Assembly: GCF_009834535.1 (NCBI RefSeq)
Contig: NC_045696.1
Coordinates: forward strand, 496,001 to 560,000
Direction: 5' to 3'
Source of the DNA: Camelus ferus
Taxonomy: Eukaryota
DNA: 64,000 nucleotides
Positions 23,231 through 53,700 of the stretch are shown one piece after another. A program made the position numbers and the translations under genes. The notes beneath the pieces were generated by a model, which worked only from the letters and a program-made list of their open reading frames with translations, had not been told where the DNA came from and did not search any database. Position 1 is the stretch's first letter; every line of letters starts with the position of its first letter.

Positions 23231-24477
23231 GAACAAGTTGGAATTGGTAGGGTGCAAGTAGAGAGAAGCATTATTTTTTCTCATGACTGTCCCCAGAAAA
23301 TCTTATCTGTGACTTCTCAGATAGATTTTACAGTTTTTCCCTTTTCTTCTTAGAAATTAAAAAAAGAGAATCATCATTTTGCTCATAAAAGTCCAGTCCA
23401 GTAAAATACCCAAACTCAAACTCTGCTTCAGTTGAAACCTCTTTCCTTCCTTAGCTCTGCCAGAGTCAAGAGTTTGAGATGTCCACGTGGAACCCTTATT
23501 CCTACGCTTTGTGTTTCCACATGGTGGGACATCCCTGGAGAAAAACTTCCAGCCTTTTTTACACTCCCAGGGAAGTGTGAATTGGTGAATTTTGGAGAAC
23601 AGACAAGGTCAAGTGTGCTCAGTCTCCTCTTGGTACACTCTCTGGGGTCAGCAGGCTGACAGGCGTGTTCCCATTTGCACTTGGCTGCACGTGCTTGATG
23701 CAGCAGCTCTGTGGAGGCTGCAGTTTTCCCCCTGGGGCAGAGACTAGGAGGTATCTGTGTCTGATTTATGGGTGGAAGTAACTAGTGCTCTTGATTGTCC
23801 ATCTAAACCACATCCTCCAGACTAGCCTTTTTTCTGTAGCAAGGCTGGTATTTGCTATATATTCATCTTATTGCTGTATCTTCTTCATTGGTTTCTGAAC
23901 TAGGCTAAGTAGAGGAAGTGTCCTTTACTGATCATCTAACAGCCTGATATTCTACTAGGGGGAAGATGTACATGTGTTTTCCTTTGCAAGCCCCCCTTCC
24001 CCTCTGGCTTTCTTGGGTTCCTGGCATGGGGATAGGACTCAAGGGATTGATACAAAAACACTCACCTGACTGGGAAAGCTGTGACCTGATGTCAGGGCTT
24101 CTGTGGAAGATGAATATATGAGGCTGTCTGTGGGTTTCTGGAGAGCCACTTTCAGGACCTCAATGTCCACACTGTTTCCTCCAACTCCGCTGAGTCCCTG
24201 GATCCTGCTGCACACCCTTTGACCACTTTACCTGCCCCCCAATCCCAACCCGTCCTATAAGCAGGGTCTCCAACTTTCTTTCCCTTCCCATAGAGTTCAG
24301 GCCTTCCACCTTTACTTATACCAGGGACCTCAAAATTGCTGGGTCTCCTCTAAGTGGCCCAAGCTCTCCCAATGTGGGTCCCTCCCCTGGGCTGGCAGGT
24401 GCTTGGCACCTCAGCCTCCCAAGTCCCACAAGTGAAGCCCTCCCTAGACTCAGCCTCCCTGAAGATACACTGACCCC

Positions 24478-25022
24478 TAACCTGTCACCTTCCCTCCTGT
24501 CAGCCCCTCTCCTGTCACCTCCTCTCCTGTCATCTCCCCTCCTGTCACCTCCCCTCGTATCACTTCCCCTCCTGTCAGCCCCTCACCTGTCATCTCCCTC
24601 CTGTCACCTCCCCTCCTGTCACCCTCTCCTGTCATCTCCCCTCCTGTCACCTCCTCACCTGTCACCTTCCCTTCTGTCAGCCCCCTCCTGTCACCTCCCC
24701 TCCTGTCACCCTCTCCTGTCATCTCCCCTCCTGTCACCTCACCTGTCACCTCATCTGTCACCTCTCCTGTCAGCCCCTCTCCTGTCATCTCCCCTCCTAT
24801 CACCTCCCCTCCTGTCAGCCCCTCTCCTGTCACCTCCCCTCCTGTCAGCCCCTCTCCTGTCACCTCCCCTTCTGTCAGCCCCCTCCTGTCACCTCCCCTC
24901 CTGTCACCCTCTCTCCTGTCATCTCCCCTGTCACCTCCTCACCTGTCACCTCATCTGTCACCTCCTCTCCTGTCAGCCCCTCTCCTGTCACCTCCCCTCC
25001 TGTTAGCCGCCCTCCCGTCATC
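24478..25022. repeat. Minisatellite/VNTR, ~15-bp unit (CCTGTCACCTCCCCT and variants), ~35 copies
   Basis: Visible tandem array of cctgtca[cct/gcc/tct]cccct variants; explains the low-complexity ORFs 24374-25006 and 24477-24863. Confidence 0.95.
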
Positions 25023-25614
25023 TCTCTGCCTCACTTCCTCTCAGGTGCCCCCCAAGAGCCCCTTATCCCCCAGGCCTTCCCCTCTCGCTGCCAAGTCTCC
25101 CGTCACACTCACCCAGAGCCGCCAGTCTCTGGCTCTTCTTCAAGGGAACTTGCTGCTCTCCAGACCCCCTGCCTTCTGGCCTTGGGAGGGACCCTCCTCA
25201 AGGGTCAGTCTTCCTCAGGAGCCCCTTGGTGGCCTCGCCCTGAAACTTTGCTCCATAGGTAGCTCGGGGCTGACGGACTACGGCGTCTGGCGCGACTGGA
25301 AGTCGCGCTCCTCCTGGCCTCGCCCAGCCGCCAAGCCCCGCCCCGCCCCGCCCTCAGGCCCAGGCCTCGCCCCAGACCACCCAGGCCCCACCCAAGCACC
25401 GCCCACCAACACTGGCCCCGCCTCCCGCTCGGGGGCGCGGCGCGCTCCGCCTCTGAGGTGGCCGGGCTCGGCGTTCTGATTGGCCGCGCGGGCATCTGCC
25501 CATCGCGCTCTGGTGTCGGCCGAGGCGCGCGCCTGCGCAGTGCGCTCGGTGTCGGGCCAGCGGCGGTACAGGTCCCGGTACAGGCGGCGAGGAACCCGGA
25601 GCGCGGCGGTGGTC

Positions 25615-45425
<19,811 letters not shown>

Positions 45426-47949
45426 GAGCACATCTGTGGGGCTTGGGGGGCTGGTCAGTTCTGGGCGAGGTTGGGGGTCTCGGCTGGGCCGCGCCAGCCC
45501 CCACACTGCCCACTTCAACAGGAGTCCTGAGACCTGCCTGCGGCGGGGATGGGGCAGCTGGCCGTAGACACTGCTTTTTTAGGTTTATTTCTGAGAACAG
45601 CTGAGGGAGGGACGGGATGAGCTGTGACCCTGCGTAAAGTGGTGCACGTCCTTGCTGTGGGCGCGACCGGGATGGCTCTCTGGACCAATGACTGAGTTCC
45701 CGGGAGAGGAGCAGCTAGGCGTCATCCGTCTCCTGCCTCTTCTGAGTCTCCGGCTGAGGGACGTGACCTCCCCCAGACAGCCCTTTGGGGAGAGGCTGGG
45801 CGGCCCTGGTCACCGTGGCTGCTCAGAGGGGAGCCAGACCCTGCGGGTGGCCCTGCCCCGGCTCTCCAGCCCACCCACACCCGCCAGCATTGCCACATCC
45901 AGAGGTTACAGTTGTCTGGTAATGACAGAAATGCACCCAGGAGGCCACACGTAGCAAAGGGGGACATTAGTGGTCTGATGGTTACCCCAGGGGTCACCAT
46001 TGTGTGCCGGGGGCAGCCCATCACTCACCACCTGCTGCAGACAGCCAGGCGGGCATGTCACCTGGACCCAGGCCACTGCCCCAGGGCACCCTCGTGGCTG
46101 CCTCTGACCCCCTTTGTGCTCTGGCTGACGTGAGGGTCCAGTCTCCATGGTGCTGCCTGTCAGGTAGTAAGCCTTCAATTCCCTTCTGGCTTCTAGACCC
46201 TCTGGTTTGGCGTGTGTGGCCTTGGAACTTAGGATGGAAAATCCAAGTTCTGGAATTGCGTCTGACCCACGAGGATGAGTGGTTCACATTCTCAGGGCTC
46301 GCGGGGTATGGCTGTGAGGGGTCACCAGGAGCTTCAAAGAGGGCCAGACCTAGGCCTGATGTCGCCCCAGGGCCCCCACCTGCTTCTCGTGCACTCGAGG
46401 GTCCCCACGTGGTCTGGCGGCCCTGGCTATGCTCCCGTCCAACTGTCCTCTCTCAGGCAGCCGGAGAGACCTCTGGATGCTGTTCTGCTCCGCCTTCCCT
46501 GCCCGGAACCCCCAGCGTCAGGCCATCTCCGAGGCCGTGCACCATGTGGCCTTAACTCCCGCAGCTCCCTGTCTCTTCTCTGCGTGGGGTTCACCTGCTG
46601 CAGGGCCTTCACCTGAGCTGACCCGCCCCAGGGTGGCGCTCCTGCCTGCTCTGAGTCCTCAGGGCCTTGTCTTGGCTCCACTGGCTGCCACACCGTGTGG
46701 CACGTGGTGGGTGCTCAGCCAGCGCGAGTTGAATGCCACCTATTCCCTGGCATCTTCCTCTGGGGTCTGTTCTGCTGAGGGACCTGTGCTGGGGCCCCTG
46801 TGAAACCTGGGGGGTTGCTCTTGCACGTCCTCTCTTGGCCCGTGGCCTCCCCAGCCCCCGGGAGCCAGCAGCGCAGACGGTGAGTTACCAGTCTGCTCCT
46901 TGCAGTGGCCGCTGCCCCTTGCTGGCTCCCAGCCATGGGCAGAGCCCTGGATGGAGCACAAAGTTTCCAGAAAAGAAATGAAAATCTCCTTTTATACAGA
47001 AAACGTTATTGAAAGTCACTTACCTGACCGGCTACCTTGACAAGCGGACGTTGAGTCCCTTAGGCAGAAGCCCATCCTGCTTGTGTGTTGTCTCCTCATG
47101 GAAACGGTCACGGTCCCTCAGGCACCACACCGGACGCTGGCCCACTGTCCCTGAGTCTCAGGGAACAGGAGAAGCTGTTCAAAGACGGGCAGTTGCACCT
47201 CCAGTTATCTGAGGGGAAACTATTTGCCTCGACCTGATTAAAAATCAAGTTCTCGCTCCTGGGGTGAATGAGTGAAGATTCTTGAATTCAAATCATTTTA
47301 TTTTTGATTATGGGGAGCAGGTTTTGAACGTGTGGGAAATTCTCTCTGGAGCCATGTTGGCTTTTCTGTGTTCACCGGGATGTAAACTTGAGGTCTGAGC
47401 CTGTATGGGTTCTTTCACTCACAGTGGAAACTTGCCTCAAGGAGAACACTTCCTTACTGAATGTAACCGATGTTGTTACGTGATTTGATCTTATTCAGGC
47501 AACAAAAGTGTTTAAAAAAAAAATCAATGCCGTCAACTGTTGCTTCCTCATTTTTCTCGTTTCTTAGCAACTAATGGTAGGTTAATTGGTTGGCTTGATT
47601 TATTTTCATCTCTCCATCTGCAGTGTAAAGTATTACTAATAATTCCCATTGTTTCAAAAGGAAATTAAGGTTGAAAATAGACAAGGGGACGTGAGGGCAA
47701 GAAGGTCAGGTGGGGCTGGGAGGGACGTCAGGACACGGGGTACGTGCCGGGGTCTTGCTCACTTGCTGTTGTCGGCCTCCAGACACAGTGCTGGACTTTC
47801 TAGGAGGCAACTGGAGAGGGAAACAGCGTGAGACAGGCCCCTGTGGCTTAGGAGATGCCCGTCCCACTGCCTGTGGGGTGGGTCTCAAGAACGGGGCATC
47901 TCGGCCGCTCCTTGCAGCGCCCTCCACCAGGCGCTGGTCACCGCGGACT

Positions 47950-49250
47950 CCACAGGGACCGCCTAGTAACAGGGCTTCAAAACACATGAAGCAAAAGCTG
48001 GTGGAACTAAAGAGAGTTAAAGTGGGAGATTTCAATAATTGTCTCAGCAACTGTAGAGAAAATCTTCAACCAGCTTGCGTGGTTGACATTTGTGTAACTG
48101 CTCACATTCTTTCCAAGCGGCCACGGACGGTTCACTTAAGATAGGCCGTGCTGGGTCATGACACAAGTCTCAAGAAATTCAAAAGGATTGAAACCATACA
48201 GAGTGTATTCTCTGACCACAATGGAGTTAAATTAGAAATCAGTAACGAGATTTGGAAAGTCCCAAATTTTTGAAAATGAAAGGATACACTTCTAAGCCGT
48301 CTATGGTAAAAAATGGAAGCACGAGGAAAATTAAAAAATATTTCAACCTGAATGAAAATAAAAACATGACTTCAAAATTTGTGTATGTAGCAAAAGCAGA
48401 GCTTAGAGAAATGTTTACAGCCTTGTTATTAATGCTGTAAGTAAGGTTTAAAATTGGTGTTCAAAGTGCCCACCTTAAGAATCTTAAAACCGAAGTAAGT
48501 AGAAGGAAGGAAACACTGGATAAAAGAAATCAAATGCTCCAGAAGACGTGGTGGAGAAGATCAGTGCAACCGAAGTGAGTCCTCCAGTCAGGGGAGGTGA
48601 GAAAGCTAACCACTTAGGTTGAGACTGAGAAAGGGCGCACCGCCACCCACCCTGCGGAAGAGAGCCGGCCAGACTGCGCCCGCCTCGGGGCCACGGCTCC
48701 CACTGCTCTGCTTTACATCCTCCTGCAAAAGCCTGCTGACGGCACGCTGGGTCTGCATGGCCACAGTGTGGCTTCCGCCTTGACTGGACTGATTAGTCTC
48801 AGAGGTCACAGAGGGGTGATAGGGAGCTGTGAACTATGTGATGCCAGCATTCCAGGCTTGCACCATGGGGATGACGTGGACAAACTCCTTGAAAGATAGT
48901 TGTTATCTAGATGGGCGTGAGAGAAAATGGAAATTTTAAGTAACTTTACATCTATTTGAGAAATTGAATTAGAAGTTAAGAAATTCCCCAGAAGAAAACT
49001 CTAGGTTCACACGGATTTGCTGGTGAATTTATCAAACATTTAAGAGAAATAACAGTCTAACACAAATATCCAGAAAATGGAGGAGAGAACCCTTTGCAAG
49101 TCACTTTATAAGGTCACTATGACCTTGATAGCAAAACCAGACCAAGTCATGGCCAGAAAAGGAGACAGATCAATTTCTCTCACGAACATAGAAAAAGCCT
49201 AAACTGTTAGCACATTGAGTGTATTAAAAGAGCATTACATCAGGACCAGA
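47950..49250 (+). mobile_element. Old L1M ORF2 (endonuclease region) remnant between LSS and SPATC1L
   Basis: ORF 47710 ends PSNRASKHMKQKLVELK..VGDFN; ttctctgaccacaatggagttaaattagaaatc (SDHN motif). Confidence 0.8.
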
Positions 49251-50576
49251 AAACAGGAGGGATGTTGGCAGGTCCCCGGCTGGCAGGACCCTGGAGAGGG
49301 CTTTCTTGGGGTGGGAAAGAAATGTGAGGGTTGGAGGCAGCAGAGGGAGCCGTTCGCAGCGCCCTGGCCTTGTCCTCAGGGTCCTGGAGGCCCCTGCCTG
49401 CCTTCCTCAGTGGGCGCTGTCCGCGTTCCCGCTGTCTGCATTCCCGCTCTCCCGGGATGCAGAAGGGATGGCTGGGACTTAGGGATCCTTTCTCTGCCAG
49501 CCAACCCGAGGATTTCTGCCCTGAGGTGACTACCTGAGCGGTTGGTCTGGGGGACCTAAGGGCTGTGCTCCGCCTGGAGGCTGCTTCTCCTCCCTGGGTG
49601 GGCATCAGGGCTGAAGGGGAGGGAGGACGTGCTGTTCCTTTTCTGGGCTCTGTTCTTCCTCAGGATACAGTGCTGAGTTTACCTTACGGGTAGTGAGTGA
49701 AAGGGTAGGGGTGGGATTCACGGTGGTCACACCAACGGGACTGGAGTCTCACTTTGGTGGGACTGCGTGTGTGGTTGGTCCACACGACCCCGTGCCCTGG
49801 CTGGGGGCCCTCAGGTCCAGTAACGGTCAGTGTCCCAGACACTCAGTGCTCGTGGTCCGTGTGAGGAGGCTGAGGTGCTGCCTGGATCCTTCGGGGAGTG
49901 CAGTCAGCAGGTGGCCTCCCCGGAGTCCACCAGAGCTCCGTGGGCTGTGGGAGCTGTCGGGGGGCACCCTGGGCCTGCCTCCCTCTGCACCCACTGTCTC
50001 CTCCTTCCTCAAATGTGCATCCCAGGGGTGCACTGGAATAAGAGTCTGCAGGCCAGACACTCACTGCCCAGCTTCTAGGGGACAACCACCTGCCTCTGTG
50101 GGCTCGGCTGGCCCTGCGGGGGGAAAGGGTCAGGGAGCCGCACTGCAGGGCTGGTGGCTGACAGGGTCGCTCAGTGAAGGCAGGAGCCCCACCAGGCCTG
50201 TGGACGTCTCCCTCAGCCCTGGGTTCCCAGAATGTGCTGGAAAGCTCCTGCCTCGGGCCTTGGCACCTGCTGTTCCCTCTGCTGGGGTGCCCTCCCTGCG
50301 TGAGTCTCAGCCCCCACCCTGGAATCTGCCAGGCCCCACTGCTCACAAGCCCTCCTCTGCTTGCTCGTGGGCGGTGCTCCGTGTGGCCAGGGGCCAGGAG
50401 CCAGGGGAAGGCGGGAAGGACACCATTGCTGCCTCTTTAAGGCGACATCACAAGGCTGCGGAAGGCCGGGCCGCTGGAACTCCGTGGTCTCGGCATTTCT
50501 GGAGCATCTTGGGCTCCGATCTCCACCGCCATGGGGCGGCAGGCCCGCACGTGAGCGCCTGTGGACGGACACGGCC

Positions 50577-50778
50577 ATGGCCGAGGGCAGCGAGCTGCTC
50601 AACAGGCTCGTGAGCGAGAACGCCGACCTCAAGAAGCAGGTGCGCCTCCTGAAGGAGAACCAGATGCTGAAGCGCCTGCTCCGGGAGGGCTGCCAGGAGA
50701 GCGGGGGGCCAGGGGCCCACGACCCCCTCTTCCCCAGGGCGCCCGCCTACCCTGAGGACTGCTCCCCCGGGAGTGCAG
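50577..50778 (+). CDS. SPATC1L: SPATC1L first coding exon (N-terminal coiled coil)
   Basis: gccATGG start; GCAG|gtgagc donor, phase 1. Confidence 0.92.
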
Positions 50779-53700
50779 GTGAGCCCCAGGCCTGGGTGGA
50801 CCGGGGCCGAGCTGCTCACCCCGCTGTGTGTCCTGTGTGTCCCCTGTCTCTAGGCCACCAAGGCCACCCCTGCAGAACGGGTGGCAGGTTACTCACGTGC
50901 GCGGGCGAGACTCTGTCCGTAGTGGCCGCTGAGGGCCACAGTCCTGGGGGGTCGGGCGGGCCCGGCAGCCTCCTCCTCCTCTGGGCCCTGAGGGCCTCGC
51001 CCCCCTGGGCCCCGCATGCTCGTCCCAGCCATGGCATCTTGTGTGCCAACCGCACCAGCCGTCCACCAAGGCAGTCACGTGGCTGAGCTGCACCGGGGCG
51101 GGAAGCAGCCATTGGTGGAAGTAAGTGTAGAAGCCACTCAAGCCTTCTGTGACTTCACAGGAAAGACAGACTTTGGTCACTTTCTGCAGAAGTCGTTGGT
51201 TCTGCTTTAAACTTTTCTGTGAGAAAACGCTCTCTTCACGTGTGGAGAGTGTGAGCTGGGGCTTGGTGGTTGCCATGAACCTGGTCTCTGTGTGGTTGGG
51301 GTGTGGACTCCAGACAGGGCCCCTGATGCCGGAGGAGCACTGGGACCTGGCGAGCGCCATGTGCCCTGGAGCAGGTGGTCACTCGCACTGCCTGGCCACC
51401 CAGCAGTGCGATGGTGAGGGTGGGTGGATGCTGCTCCGGTGCCCTGTGGACTTGGGTGTGAGGTGTTTTTCCATTGTAGCAGCTGCTCCCAAAGCTGCCG
51501 GTTCCCCAGTGGGATGTCCGGGTGCTCTGAGGACTGGCCACTGGGATCTGCATTGGGTGTGGTCACTCCCTGGAGTCCACCCAAACGCCTGCATGGCCTC
51601 TGAGCCAGCATGGCAATGGCCTCCCAACTGCGGTCAGTGTCACCCATCAGGCCCCTGCACAAAGCTTGTGGGCGCAGAGCCCCGAGGGCGAGCATGTCCC
51701 AGGTTGTGAGAGTCCCTCACAGCATCTCCACGCCTCCAGCCTCGAGGGGCCCTTGAGGAGGGAGCTCAGACCAGCAGGGGGTCCTGTGGGGGGACGGTGG
51801 GAAGAGAAGTGGCAGCTGGAGAAACCCTGGGGCCCATGCTCTGAGCCCCCACTGGTGGCCAAGGCACAAGCTGGCATCGGGCACCTGTGGAGGAGCGACT
51901 GGCCTCATGGTGCTGTGTCCTGGATGTGACGTCTTACAAAGGGTCAGGGCTGCTTCTCAGCCTGCAAGGGACACCTAGTGGACAGTGGCTGAAAAAGCAC
52001 TTGTCCCCAGGCCTCGTCTATGCTGTGACAGCCTCTGAGTCACGTGCCTCATGCTGCTTTGTCACCCTTTGTCCCAAGAACTGAGTCTTTCTGGGTCCTC
52101 CCCTCCAGGCTCAGATCCAAACATGTGGTCAGCAGGGGACAGGCTCTCTGGGCTCCCTCACTCCTAGCCTCCCTAGGCTGGAAGGGTGGGCTTTGGGCGA
52201 GGTGTAGGCCCTTGCTCAGGCCAGGCTGTCCCTGTCAGGGTCCGAGTCAGGGCAGAGTCTCTGGGACTGTAGCCAGCACCCCTGCCCGTGGGCAAGCCTA
52301 GAGCCTGCTGGACACCAGTCTTGGGAGGAGCCCCAGCCCCTGGCCAGCCCGAGGCCACCAAGCCTTCCGCAGAGAGGCCGTGGGGCCCCAGCCACAGGGT
52401 GTGGGCCAGGGTCACCGTGGGCCACCTCCATGCCCAGGGTTCAGCCTTCTGCAGAAGGTGCAGCCTAGGCCTTGGCCTTGGCCCTGGAGTCTGGAGAACC
52501 AGCAGGGGTTCTTGGAGCAGCTCAAGGTCACAGACAGAAGGTGCCACTGCACAGCAATGGCTCGTGGTCCACCAGTCCCTTTGTGTCTGCACTTGAAACA
52601 GAATGTGCTTTAAAAACCGTTTTTTCTCTTTCAAAAGCATCACTCAGGGCAGACTGATAAACACCCCAAGGCCGAGCCTGTGCTCCTGGCCCCATGCCCA
52701 AAAGCAGCCACCGTCAGTGTTCTCTCGGGTTCCTCTCCAAGGGTTTTGGTGGATATTCACGTGGTGCTATGGGTCCTTTGGTGCCTAAACGGGGCCCCTG
52801 GGGGGCGGACTATCCCGGCGGTTCACTGCCACCCTCTGGTCCGGACCCCGCCACAGGCAGTGCCCTTGCGCTCCCGTGACCACAGACGGCCTCCTGCCTG
52901 CGTGCTGCTGTGGGCTGTGGCTGGCTAGCCGTTGGGGAACCCTCGAGTCAAAGGCTGTGTGCAGCTGAAAGTTAAAACAGACCCAGAATGCTCTTCTGGG
53001 GAGGCTGCGGCCTCTACACGCCGCAGCGAGGCCTCCCTGCCGCATCTCCCAGCCCCACGTCACCAGATAGACGTCTGTTTCCGCCGAGGGTGAGACAGCC
53101 CCGCCGGGGTCTCTGGGTCCACAGCTGACGCATGTCCTCAAAGGGACGGAGGGGATGAGCAGGGCCCTGGTGTCACCAGAGCCTTCACTGTCCCCTCGGC
53201 TCTGGTGTCCTGGGTGGGCCGTCTGCTAATTTTAAGTAGTTTTGAGTATTTCCTTTGCCTCTTTCTCTGTTACATCTCAATACAGTTATTTCTGTATAGT
53301 TATAAATGTGCTTTTAAATGGCTGTGTAATGTTCCAAAATCACATGAGCCTGTTTAATGAACTCTCTCCTTATGTCTGAAATTCCGTTCTTCTTTCTTAC
53401 CCTGAGATAAACGCCAATGCAAAAAGCACTTTATAGCAGGTTTCCTTCCTTAGGAGGCGGAATCACTGGCTCAGGAGACAGGGCGATTCCTTTTCACGTT
53501 TCTTTTCTCACATTTACCCAGAGGACGATTTCCCCACTGTGGTTTCATTAAGCTGCTCTGGCTCTCGGCTTCTTCGAGTCTCTTTAGCCGTTTCTCACAA
53601 CTAGCTCTTCCACACTGATCACTGAGTCTGCCCCTGAGCACTTTGTCCCGCGGGAGGGGCTGGCCCCTCTCCCGCTTGTCTCAGGTGCCAGCGCGGCTGG

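Noticed and set aside
21980..24170. Possible ancient L1 5' end (21980-22700) and LTR remnant (23640-24170)
   Set aside because: Too diverged to assign a family or boundaries without a profile search.
24374..25006. 210-aa Leu/Ser/Pro-rich ORF and its antisense partner (24477-24863)
   Set aside because: Both are translations of the 15-bp minisatellite with no evidence of coding function.
24478..25022. CRISPR-like repeat array
   Set aside because: Contiguous tandem units without unique spacers, in a mammalian context with no cas genes.
21400..25300. MCM3AP-AS1 lncRNA as an annotated feature
   Set aside because: No exon structure can be supported from sequence alone.
49693..50613. 306-aa ORF upstream of SPATC1L
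   Set aside because: GTG start, stop-poor GC-rich DNA, no recognisable domain, out of frame with SPATC1L.
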